32,000 nt of DNA from Candidatus Baldrarchaeum yapensis. GTDB taxonomy: Archaea > Asgardarchaeota > Baldrarchaeia > Baldrarchaeales > Baldrarchaeaceae. Numbering within the stretch: the first letter of the stretch is position 1; each line of letters starts with the position of its first letter. Positions 17,347 through 26,964 of the stretch are shown piece by piece. Under the pieces are notes generated by a model, which worked only from the letters and a program-made list of their open reading frames with translations, was not told the DNA's origin and did no database searches. The position numbers were made by a program, and so were the translations under genes. Where the stretch lies: positions 13,495-45,494 of the forward strand of contig JAEOSH010000014.1 of NCBI GenBank assembly GCA_016840465.1, in the 5' to 3' direction.

Positions 17347-19338
17347 TCAAATCTCGATGTTGGTATTGTTGAACTCCACGATCGCCCAGCGGTCCTCGAC
17401 CTTGATCGCTACTAGGTGCACCTTATCTCCCGGTTTCGTCAGCAGCAACTCGTACCACTGGGTGACGTTCAGATCCTGAGCGGTGGCTTCCACAAAGTAC
17501 GTTTCGGTGCCGCTCACGTTTTTCACGTAGAGAACCACATGCGTCTCCCCATCGCTGATGTAGCTTGTGACATTGAGCACCTCGAAGTCTCCCTCTATCC
17601 TGTTCTGATATCCCACCCCGACGGCCCTCGCTAGGACCCTCTTGTAGCCCTCTACAACCCTCGCCACGAAGTCACTGCCGTGCTCGTTCTCCTCAATTTC
17701 CGCCCAGTAGAAGTAGCTTATATTGTGCGCGTTTATCAAAACCAGCCCCTTCAGGAGGATCGTCGCCTCCTTTCTCCAGTAAATCGGAACGTACCACGTC
17801 CACACGGTCTCGTTCGTTATCGGATGCTTAACGGGGTACAGCATCCCCATGGTTGCAAAGTACTCGCCAACCGCCGGCTTCGGGAACAGAGACTCAGCGT
17901 AGTCGTGAGCAACCCTTCCACTTATGAGACCAAGCCTGCGGAAGTCGTGGAACACGATACCCTCCTTGCTGATCCTGAAGATCCCCGCAAGCGTCCTATC
18001 ATTCCCCAAGGGGTGCACGTGTATGAACGCCTCGACCCTCATGGTGTCCGGGTTTATTATGTACCTCGTGTCCTCGGACATCTCGAGGCGGTCCATCGAC
18101 GCCGGAATCGTGAGGAATCCCCGGGCGAAGAAGTCTATCGTCCCGTTCCTGTAATACTGCCCGATGTTGGAGACTATCGACTCTATCAGGTCCTCATCGC
18201 ATATCTGGGGGATCCAGTCGGGCGCATCCGCTGGCTCGTATCTCCCAACAATCCTCCCCTCACTGTCAAATACGAGAATCTCCCCGGGAACGTCATACAG
18301 GTAAGGCGTCACCTCCACCCTCATCAGGACAAGCACAATCTCCCCCTTGTCGTCAAAGGTGAAGTACGCCCTCGACGCGGTTATGCTCGTGTCCTCGAGG
18401 AAACTCTTCAGGAAAACCTCTCTCCCTCCTAGCAAAACGTTGCCCACGTAGAACCTCTTCTTTATGAGATCTGGAGGCCTGAGAGGGTCATTTGCATGCA
18501 CGACTATAAAGCCGAGTATGTAGTTCTCCGCAAAGAGGTTCGCCGGATACACCGGCGCGATCCATACGAGTTCTCCGTTCCACACAGTTATGTGAGGATC
18601 ACCCAGCTTGGCGTTGGATCCAAACTCCGAAAGATACCTGCTCATGGTGGACGCCGCGAGACCCTCGTCCACAAGCCTAACCATCGACGGCGGAACCTCG
18701 GATTTAAAGGGAGGCTCTTCCGTAACCTTCACGTAGCTGTTGAAGTGCTCCGCCTGCCAATAGGGGGGCAGTATCGAGATGCACGAGAGACAGATGACCA
18801 GCAGGAAGATCGGCGCTATGACGGTCCTTCTTCCGCCGAAGGGAATCTTAAAGAATACGTCGGGCGCGAAGAGAATCCTAAGGAATATGACAAGATAGTA
18901 GTAGATGTAGAGGGGAAGCAGCAGTAGCATTCCAATGAGCATCGCCAGTATCGCGAATATTGCAACCCCGATCGCGCCCCATATTGTGAACTCGTCCACT
19001 GCCCTCCTTTCCATCCTGAGATACCTGAGACCCTCCTCAGCGTAGCTCTGCAAAGTGTAATATCGATTGAACGTGAACCTCATCAGCGAGAGTCCGAGAA
19101 ACAATAAGAATATCGTTCTCACCAGAAGCTCCGGGTTCCCGGGAGGGGCTTCCGGCCAGAGGTACAAGGGTAGCAAAAATGCATTGATTATTCCCTCGGC
19201 AACGAGGAATAGCACAAAGAAGACCCTGCGCCATAGCTTCTCCGCGCCTGGTGGGATACCGAAAACCCTAGGAAAAGCCATGGGCAAAATGAACATGAGC
19301 ACCGCAAGGTGCGCCGCCGTGATCATAACAGTCGGCAT
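17347..19338 (-). CDS. Large membrane protein: about 6 N-terminal TM helices plus a predicted extracellular domain
   Basis: Long ORF with a hydrophobic first ~200 aa and seven N-X-S/T sequons in the C-terminal part. ATG 19338 preferred, because the ORF-track start 19482 lies inside the PrpD relic's 3' end. Confidence 0.85.
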   Translation of the reverse strand: MPTVMITAAHLAVLMFILPMAFPRVFGIPPGAEKLWRRVFFVLFLVAEGIINAFLLPLYLWPEAPPGNPELLVRTIFLLFLGLSLMRFTFNRYYTLQSYAEEGLRYLRMERRAVDEFTIWGAIGVAIFAILAMLIGMLLLLPLYIYYYLVIFLRILFAPDVFFKIPFGGRRTVIAPIFLLVICLSCISILPPYWQAEHFNSYVKVTEEPPFKSEVPPSMVRLVDEGLAASTMSRYLSEFGSNAKLGDPHITVWNGELVWIAPVYPANLFAENYILGFIVVHANDPLRPPDLIKKRFYVGNVLLGGREVFLKSFLEDTSITASRAYFTFDDKGEIVLVLMRVEVTPYLYDVPGEILVFDSEGRIVGRYEPADAPDWIPQICDEDLIESIVSNIGQYYRNGTIDFFARGFLTIPASMDRLEMSEDTRYIINPDTMRVEAFIHVHPLGNDRTLAGIFRISKEGIVFHDFRRLGLISGRVAHDYAESLFPKPAVGEYFATMGMLYPVKHPITNETVWTWYVPIYWRKEATILLKGLVLINAHNISYFYWAEIEENEHGSDFVARVVEGYKRVLARAVGVGYQNRIEGDFEVLNVTSYISDGETHVVLYVKNVSGTETYFVEATAQDLNVTQWYELLLTKPGDKVHLVAIKVEDRWAIVEFNNTNIEI

Positions 19339-19456
19339 GCCGACCCCCACCCAAAACCTGATAGCAATAACTATTAACGCTTTCCATTCGCGTCCACAAC
19401 CCACCACTACGCCGATAGTAACACTTACATCCTTCCGAGTATCAACAACGGCCCGA

Positions 19457-20406
19457 TCAACACTTGCAGAGCAGATCCACAACCTCAGAAACCGTCCTTA
19501 CTTTCTCTAGGTTCTCTATGGTCCTTATGACCTCCCTCACCCTTTCATTCCCCAACACGCCGGATGCCTCCCTCGAAAACCTCTCCTCCGCGGGATAAGG
19601 ATTCCCTGCCGCACCCACCGGAACCTCACACTCGGCCGACAGCACCTCACCGTTCCTCAGTTTCACCTTCACCCTCGCGCCGAACGGCATCTTAAGCGTT
19701 GATAGCAACAAGCCCGGCATCAACTCCACCCTCACCTTCTCCATAAGCATCCAAACATCGGAGTCAAGGGCTCTCTCAACCGTAAGATCCTGAGGACTGA
19801 CCGATCCACGAAGCAGCGCAACCGCAACGTTGAACGGTGTGTAAAAGTTCAGAGCAACGGACGACCGAAATCTCTTCACCCATTCTGGATTTGCAAAGAG
19901 ACGGGCAAGGTCATCCATAAGGAGGGTCATGAAGTGAACGTAAACAACGATCTCCTCCACCTCCTTCGGCTTTATCTTCCTCTTACGGGAGATTTCAGTC
20001 GCGCAGTCTATCACGGCGCTCACATACGCGCACCCCGGGTGCACCTTTATCGAGAGGGTGTCCGTAACCTAAGCTTCCCCTAAATCGTTGCTCAACATCG
20101 AGACAATTGCTCCATCCGCCACCAGATTGCAGAAGCCTATAGGATGCCCCAGAACGTCGGGAGCCGCCGTGAAACCCCCTCGGCAAGTCTGGCTGCCATT
20201 ACCCCCAGCATCGCCGGAACCGCCAACGTCAAAACCTTAGTATGAGGGCCCATGAAACCCCTGATCGCTATGAACGTCGCCTGGTACGCCGCAATACCTA
20301 TGGCGTTCCTAATCCTCTCTTTGTCCAATCCCAGGAGCCGAGAAGCCGCACACGCCGACCCTATCAGGTGAACGTAGTTCCAAAGCTGACCGTTGTGTAC
20401 CCCTTC
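19457..20406 (-). pseudogene. prpD: MmgE/PrpD-family (2-methylcitrate dehydratase-like) relic
   Basis: Stitched translation: HLIGSACAASRLLGLDKERIRNAIGIAA...AARLAE, then a frameshift near 20175-20180, then GFTAAPDVL...LGEA*VTDTLSIKVHPGCAY with an in-frame TAG at 20070-20072, then PFGARVKVKLRNGEVL...PVGAAGNP. The N-terminal third is absent. Confidence 0.8.
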
Positions 20407-20642
20407 TCAAGATCCAAGAGAGCACCTAATCGAACTCATAATCACGTATAAAGCACGGGAATTCTCTCGCGACCATCAACATGCTTAAATATAACACCGT
20501 TGTACAGTATTTCGGTTACTTATCTGTGTGTTTCTAACTTTTTGTGGTCATGTCGGATTTTCATGCTGTTAAGTGCCGGCAAACTGTCCCATAAACCTCT
20601 ACGTCCCTGAAGGAAAATTTCAGAAGTAAGAAGTACTATTTT

Positions 20643-21236
20643 ATGAGTGGTGACAGCGTTGAGACCTCTGAGAGTCTTGATTCAAATAATAGACTTCGAG
20701 GAGTTCCATTCGGGGCGCCTCTCGAGGAATGCAGATACGTTGAGGCGAGAGCACTAGTAGATACGGGTGCCCTTTACATGTTTGTCCCGGAGAATGTCTT
20801 AAAGGTTGACAATGGAAGCCTGACGTTCTCAAGGAGGGTTGCCGAAAATCGGCCTCCTGAGTCCTTAATAAGAGCAACTATGGGCGGAACTCTTCCGTAT
20901 CCCCTTGTAGAACTGGTAGTTTCCATGCGCGTGGGGGAGAAGGCGGTTGCCGGAACTGCGACCGCGGTCATCGCGCCAGCGGATCTGGGGAATTGGCTAT
21001 TCATCGACAACTTCAGGAGGGCGGTACAATTATGGGGGAGGGAGCGGGGCATGGATTACGGGGAGGCGGTTCAGGAGTTGTGTAGAAAGTACGAGGAGAC
21101 AATAAATAAATGTGTTGCGCAAGATGGGAATAGACTGCATAATAGGTCTGAGCACACTGGACTCTCTAGGATTAACGGTTTCCGAGGGAGAATTAAACTC
21201 TCCACCGGGGCTTTATTCTATTGTAGTGCTACATAA
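20643..21236 (+). CDS. Putative retropepsin-like (clan AA) aspartic protease
   Basis: ALVDTGA motif at 20751-20771 preceded by a beta-strand (YVEARA). The second motif is only weakly visible. Confidence 0.55.
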   Translation: MSGDSVETSESLDSNNRLRGVPFGAPLEECRYVEARALVDTGALYMFVPENVLKVDNGSLTFSRRVAENRPPESLIRATMGGTLPYPLVELVVSMRVGEKAVAGTATAVIAPADLGNWLFIDNFRRAVQLWGRERGMDYGEAVQELCRKYEETINKCVAQDGNRLHNRSEHTGLSRINGFRGRIKLSTGALFYCSAT

Positions 21237-21443
21237 GTAAGAGCACTGACACACGCCAGCGCGTAACACTGACATTTCGTCATATGGTTCTGGACAATGC
21301 GGATCCTCCCACGTTCTAACTTAATTTTTCAAAGAGTGCAGATGCGGGATAGAGTGAGTATTACAACCGCGCCCCTCCCCAGCATTCTTGCCAAAAATTT
21401 GTAAACTTCTGATGTGACACTCCTCAAACCCTACTTACCCTAC

Positions 21444-22430
21444 TTAATATTTATTTTTATTTTTCTCTGTTTTCTCCTCCTCGGGCATCAGGCCGAACGA
21501 CTTCTCGTATTTAAGCATCACTTCCTCCTTGGGCAGGTACTCCTTTTCGTACTCTAAGAACTTGGAAAGACCCCCGACCTCGAACAATTTCACAAGCGTT
21601 CCCAACGGATGCTCCTTAATTTTCTCCTCGATCTCTATCTGCGCCTGGGTACCCTTCTTTATCAACTCCTGATAGAAGTTCCAGACCGCAACTGCCTCGA
21701 CCTGCAGTGGAGTTATCGGGAACACCACGGAAACTACGCCCAGCTTCTTGCACTCCTCTATAGACAGCCTAGGCGATAAGCCGGTCGGGTGATAAGCAAC
21801 GGGCGCCTTCACCTCTTTTACAACCCTTCTGATCTCCTCCTTGCTGAGGAGAACATCCGAGCAGACGACATCTGCACCGGCGGCGACGTACGCCTTCAGC
21901 CTCTTTATCACCTCTTCAAGCCCTCCCCCTACTGCGTTCCTCGCATCGGTCCTCGCAACCAGAATTATGTTGTCATCCTCCTCCTTTATCACCCTCTTCG
22001 CCGCCTTTATCTTCCCCACCATCTCCTCTATCGATATCAGCATCTTGCCCTTGAGATGACCACACCTTTTGGGTTGCACCTGATCCTCTATATGCAGAGC
22101 GGCAACTCCCGCGCGTATGTACTCCCTGACGGTCCGCATCACGTTTATTGCGTTTCCATATCCCGTCTCTGCATCTGCAATCACCGGAAGCTTTGTGGCG
22201 GCGGTGATGCACCTTACGTTCTCCACCATTTCGGTAGCGGTGATGAGCCCAATATCTGGGAGCCCATACCTCTCCAGGGATGTGCACGCGCCCGAAACGT
22301 AGACCGCCTTGAACCCCGCCATCTCCGCCAGCTTTGCAAAGAGGGCATTGTGAGCGCCGACCACTATTAATGGGTTATGTTCACGATCTTCCAGAAGTTT
22401 TCGGAGCCTAGCACTGGGGGACAGGCGCAT
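21444..22430 (-). CDS. prpB: Isocitrate lyase/PEP mutase family lyase, methylisocitrate lyase-like
   Basis: GAHNALFAK, GFKAVYVSG, GLPDIGL, ADAETGYG, HIEDQVQPKRCGH, ARTDA and AGAD. SD GAGGTGG. Exact substrate uncertain. Confidence 0.88.
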   Translation of the reverse strand: MRLSPSARLRKLLEDREHNPLIVVGAHNALFAKLAEMAGFKAVYVSGACTSLERYGLPDIGLITATEMVENVRCITAATKLPVIADAETGYGNAINVMRTVREYIRAGVAALHIEDQVQPKRCGHLKGKMLISIEEMVGKIKAAKRVIKEEDDNIILVARTDARNAVGGGLEEVIKRLKAYVAAGADVVCSDVLLSKEEIRRVVKEVKAPVAYHPTGLSPRLSIEECKKLGVVSVVFPITPLQVEAVAVWNFYQELIKKGTQAQIEIEEKIKEHPLGTLVKLFEVGGLSKFLEYEKEYLPKEEVMLKYEKSFGLMPEEEKTEKNKNKY

Positions 22431-22524
22431 GCCACCACCTCGGCAATTATCAAAAATATGAGCGAGCCGTCTTATAAGGCTTTAATGGAGTTCTCATCGC
22501 CGAAACCCGCGCCACGAATTTCCC

Positions 22525-23949
22525 TCATTTTCGCCCTCGCAGTTCCTCAGATGGCATTTTGTGAATCTTCTCTATGACGTCTATGTACATTTTCGTGAGC
22601 GGCACCAGTTCCTCATCTGCAACCTTGTCAGGAGTGTCACACTTGTGGAACAGGTATAGAGGTCCGCTTATCAGACTGGAGATCGTTAGCCCGGCCCTCC
22701 AGAAGTCCCCCGCGTCCGTCGGAACTCCCAGAGGCGTGTTCGTCGGCAGTAATAGTATCCTCTTTATGTTGTACTTCTGCACGGCCTCCTTGAACAGGGA
22801 AACGAGGGCGGGAACGTCGCTGATGAACATTCCACGCGGCTCGACGCGCCCAGTGGGCACGGCCTTCCCCTCCTTTACGAGGTATTCCTTTGCTATGTGT
22901 TCTATTGCTATGTCCACGACTATTTTCGGAAACAGATCTTCTTTGTGCATTTCTATGAACTTCTTCTGCCCGATGCCCCCGTAAAAGTGCCCCTCCGTGA
23001 ACAGGAATATCATTGTCTTCTCCCTCTTATCCTCAGGGATGCTCGCAAAGTACTTCGCAAGCGCGAGTACAAGTGCGCACCCGGATGCATCCTCAACGGC
23101 GCTTCCAAAGGGCCCGTCATGATGAGAATGCACCAAGATGATGTCATCGCTCTTTCCGGGAAGAACCCCGTAAATGTTGTGCCCAACGGAGGAGCGCACA
23201 TCTGCCTCCAGAACCATCTTCGTGAACACCCGCCCCTTCTTCAATTCCTCCTTTATCCTATCCCCCGCATCCCTTGGAATCCACATCCCCGGCAGACGCT
23301 TAAAACTGCCGTCATACGGCGCGTAGTATGAGAACTCCTCGCCCTCGAACTCGGGATAGTCCATCAGAACCCCTATGAACCCCACCGCCCCTCCATCTCT
23401 CGCGTTCACGTAGGGCTCCGGTATCAGCGCACTGTAGTCCACCTCGGTTATCGAAGGATTCGTGATTATCCAAACCGCGGGATGCCCGGACTCCGGGGTT
23501 AGTGTTCCCTCCGGGTCGTTCACAAAGTACGCTAGAGGGGCAATCGCCGAGGGTACCAGAAAGAGAAAACGGACATCCGCCATCACAATCTTGTCCTCGA
23601 CATCAACGCCCCTGAAGTCCTTCTTCCTGCCCTCACCAACGTAGACGATCTCCGCCTCTACTCCCTCTTTCCCCGTGGGCCTCGTGTACGGCATGTAAAA
23701 GCAGGGAACCGAGAAGGAAGCGCCCGATTCGGTGCGAACCTCTAGAGACCAGCGCCGCGCCTCCCACAGCATCAAATCAATCGGGTCGCTCCTAACGTCC
23801 TCTATCCCGAACTCCTTGAGCCTCTCCTTTATGTACTCCTCGGTTTTGCGATCCCCCTCGGACCCGGGAATTCTGGGCCCGAAGGAGAACATGTCCTCGA
23901 TCCACTTCATAATCTCCTCCTTCGTGGGGACGCTCATCGCAAACACCAA
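22525..23949 (-). CDS. M28-family metallopeptidase with PA domain
   Basis: GPRIPGSEG, PA-like insert (EIVYVGEG...DVEDKIV), NIYGVLPG, HSHHD, EDASG, TDAG.F and HKCDTPD. Confidence 0.85.
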   Translation of the reverse strand: MVFAMSVPTKEEIMKWIEDMFSFGPRIPGSEGDRKTEEYIKERLKEFGIEDVRSDPIDLMLWEARRWSLEVRTESGASFSVPCFYMPYTRPTGKEGVEAEIVYVGEGRKKDFRGVDVEDKIVMADVRFLFLVPSAIAPLAYFVNDPEGTLTPESGHPAVWIITNPSITEVDYSALIPEPYVNARDGGAVGFIGVLMDYPEFEGEEFSYYAPYDGSFKRLPGMWIPRDAGDRIKEELKKGRVFTKMVLEADVRSSVGHNIYGVLPGKSDDIILVHSHHDGPFGSAVEDASGCALVLALAKYFASIPEDKREKTMIFLFTEGHFYGGIGQKKFIEMHKEDLFPKIVVDIAIEHIAKEYLVKEGKAVPTGRVEPRGMFISDVPALVSLFKEAVQKYNIKRILLLPTNTPLGVPTDAGDFWRAGLTISSLISGPLYLFHKCDTPDKVADEELVPLTKMYIDVIEKIHKMPSEELRGRK

Positions 23950-24224
23950 TCACCATTTGAGTTTTAAGGGCTCGACATGTTTTATCGGATCCCCATTATT
24001 TATACGTTCTGCAGAACTGTTTCTTCAATTTGGAAACTGTCACGCTGAAAAGGTATAGTGTGCGATCCTAAAGGCGATCTCCGCAACCGATAGACTAAGA
24101 ATGCTCTCCCTAAGCAGGAAAATTGATTGCAGGGCATCCAAATCATGGTATCGAATAAAGCCGTATATTCACCAGAGTTACCATTATATGATCAATTTAC
24201 GTGGAAATATGTGGGTGTATGTGC

Positions 24225-24506
24225 ATGCACGTGAATTTCACCATCAGGATTCCCCGTGATCTGTACGAGAGGATGAAAAGGCATCGTGAGATACGGTGGA
24301 GCGAGGTCATAAGAAGGGCGATCGAGGAGTATCTCGAAAAAATAGAGGAGATCGATATGGAGGAGGGAGAGTCGATAATCCGAAGGCTGGGCATCGATCC
24401 CGCGGACCTTGAGGTAGAACCCCCACAGGGTGAGGACGCCTATCAGAGGGAGATGAGGGAGAGGGAATGGAGAAGGCTCGAAGGCTCTACGACACGAGCG
24501 CAATAA
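24225..24506 (+). CDS. vapB: Ribbon-helix-helix antitoxin (VapB-like)
   Basis: VNFTIRIPRDLYERMKRHREIRWSEVIRRAIEEYL is an RHH pattern, followed by an acidic tail; overlaps the PIN gene. Confidence 0.85.
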   Translation: MHVNFTIRIPRDLYERMKRHREIRWSEVIRRAIEEYLEKIEEIDMEEGESIIRRLGIDPADLEVEPPQGEDAYQREMREREWRRLEGSTTRAQ

Positions 24507-24811
24507 TAGAGCTCACGAGGAGGAGTACACGCAGGCTCGACGGCTATACTACAATATTGAACGTGATCGAGTACCCTCCCGCGCTAAATACTGGGCTCAT
24601 CGTCATATACCCCAAAAGATCCGATTACGACCGCGCGCTTCTCCTCCAGTTGAAATTAAGAAAAAGAGGAAAGCCCATACCTGCTGTGGATCTCGTGGTG
24701 GCGGCGGTTGCACTGAACCGCAATCTCACCCTAGTGTCCTCAAACACACATTTCAGCTGGGTTAAGGAAATAGAGCCCGACTTTTCGTTCATGCCATTAG
24801 ACGAGACATAA
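24467..24811 (+). CDS. vapC: PIN-domain toxin
   Basis: LYDTSAII, VIEYP, LRKRGKPIPAVDLVVAAVA and LVSSNTHF. Confidence 0.87.
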   Translation: MEKARRLYDTSAIIELTRRSTRRLDGYTTILNVIEYPPALNTGLIVIYPKRSDYDRALLLQLKLRKRGKPIPAVDLVVAAVALNRNLTLVSSNTHFSWVKEIEPDFSFMPLDET

Positions 24812-24916
24812 ATGCGAGTTCTTTATATCATATGGACATAATATACCTTTATTGGCAGAGTTTTCGACCAATCGGGAACATAATGGATTGCGCCAAAATG
24901 GGAGGAATAATGTCAC

Positions 24917-25752
24917 ATGGAATCGGCGCAGGAGGTCGTCGTCCCTCTCTGGCTGGAGGCACTGGGCGCGCTCCTGATAATAATTCTTAGCTACATCGCT
25001 GCGAAGGCGATCACCAGATGGAAGTTCTCCGGTATATGGACATACGTGCAAAAATACGGTCACATGGTTGCAGATATCCGGAGAAGAAAGACGTACGACA
25101 TGCACTCCGCCGTCAAGTCCACCACAACGGTCGTGATGTTCCTCTGCATGACTATCTTCTCCCTTGCATATATATCTTCGTCCTAGTCGCCCTATATCCC
25201 GAGGCACAGGTCTACACCGTATCGTTCATCAGCGCGCTCCTTGTAATCCTGTCACCAGTGGTCCTAATCGCCGCGGCCATCCATCATGCCTATCTCTACG
25301 GCAACCCGATGTTTGCGATGTGGTGGCGCGAGTTCTTAGAAAGGGCGCTTCACAACTTAAATGTGAGATTCGAGGAAACCGGGGTCGTAAACATGCTGAG
25401 AGTTGCGTGGGAGCACGCAGAATACGTAATATGCGAATCCGGCAATCCATCGGAAAATCCAATCCTTATAAGGATAGTTCTCGTCTCCAGAGGAACCACC
25501 GTCAGAAGCTTCACGTATACGCTCCCTTACCCGCAAATAGAGGAAATCGCGGGAAGAGAAGGGCTTCTGATACGGTATCGCGGAATGTACGTAACCGCGT
25601 GCAGCATCTCATCGGAGCGGGACCTCATCAGAGCCGAGGTCTCCATCTACGTCTACGCGGAGAAAGGAATCTCGGATGAGGAAACGTGCGGCAGGGCACT
25701 CATGCTCGCTGCCGAGTTTTCAAATCTCGCCCTGAAGATGGCGAGAGCATGA
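24917..25752 (+). pseudogene. Membrane protein split by a +2 frameshift in an (AT)4 tract
   Basis: ORFs 24917-25186 and 25018-25752 join into one 277-aa frame (...TIFSLAYIFVLVALYPE...) if one AT unit is removed from ATATATAT at 25168-25175. Confidence 0.7.
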
Positions 25753-25781
25753 GGATCAAAATCCTGATGGAACACGGTAAA

Positions 25782-26257
25782 TCATAGCCCGAAAAACTCT
25801 CTTGCTTCTCTTATCGCATTCGTTATTGCCATCTCCACCGACTGGGGTCTAAAATCGGGATATGCCAGCGCAAGCGCCAGCGAAACAACTTTTGCATTGT
25901 GCGCCGACAGAGTTCTGATTACGAAACTGCACGGCAGAGGGGCTCTTTGCGGGCTCCAGTACAGCCCCTTCGAGATCTTCCGTAGCGAGGCATATTCTCA
26001 AGTGCACGTCTTCAATAACGACATAGGCGTCTCCGGTCACAAGATCCAGCAAAAACTCTCGCCCATCTTTCCTGCTCGTGATCTTGGCATAAATTCGGGA
26101 AAAATAACTCTATCGCCAAGGAGCATCTTCAGGAGCCCCTTCAACCAGTCGATATGTTCGCTCGTGAAAATCCCAAGTTGTGCAATTTCTCCGGAAAAAC
26201 CACAGGTGACAATTTCCCCTCAAGAACCTCCAGCACGCATTTGATGAGGGAATCCAT
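25782..26257 (-). pseudogene. Decayed unknown gene (about 158 aa after three indel corrections)
   Basis: Three frames stitch to MDSLIKCVLEVLEGKLSP...HIDWLKGLLKMLLGDRVIFSRIYAKITSRKDGREFLLDLVTGDAYVV...LRKISKGLYWSP...MAITNAIREAREFFGL*. Shifts are at about 26168, 26102 and 25998. Confidence 0.55.
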
Positions 26258-26711
26258 ATCCGGCCCGTAAAATTTCCTCTTCTGACCCCCTACCCTCAAT
26301 TTCCTCCTCTTTTATCGCCGTCAGGACAAGCAATGCGGAGAAAAGTAGCGTCACCACAATTGACAGTGCACTACTCCACCACAGGGAAAAGCCCACGTAC
26401 ATTAGGGATGATGCCCAAGTATCCGGGGTGTCTGATCTTGGAGTAGATCCCCGTCGTCACTATCTCCTCTATCTCGTCCGTAGTGGAGTGCGCCCCCTTG
26501 TGGTGAACGTGGGAAATTCCATGAATCACGATCCCCGAGGCAAATAGATGACGCCGACAACGATGAGCCACGGCGAAAGGGGAATCACAAGTATCGAGAA
26601 GAGGTACCCGCATATACTGGTGACCATGAGAACTGCCCACTCAAACGCTCCCCTGATGTCCGGCTTCATCAGCAGATATCTCTCGAGAAGCTTCCGACCC
26701 ACGCTCCTCAC
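26220..26711 (-). pseudogene. Isoprenylcysteine carboxyl/phospholipid methyltransferase (ICMT/PEMT) family relic
   Basis: IVTTGIYSKIRHPGYLG motif, TM segments and KEEE. Frameshifts near 26546 (-1) and 26405 (+1); the normal C-terminus is missing. Confidence 0.8.
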
Positions 26712-26964
26712 CCAGAAACTAATGGTAAGACTCCGGTAAAAGCGTTGCTGAGACTTCTAACCTGAAGATAATGACGTAAGCGAACAGATGTGGTTCCCTG
26801 TTGCAATCGTTGTAAAGGAGTTTTCAGGATTTGCAATGAGCGCTTTATCTCCTACCACCTAGAACATAAAACTCCAATATTAAACTCCAAATATTAATTT
26901 TAGGGTATAATTTATCATAATGTGAGAATTTCGCCCCATAAGTAGCGCAGACGAGTGGGAGTTC

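Noticed and set aside
21244-21274. Direct repeat CACTGACA twice, 23 bp apart
   Set aside because: Only two 8-bp copies, compatible with chance; not a CRISPR remnant.
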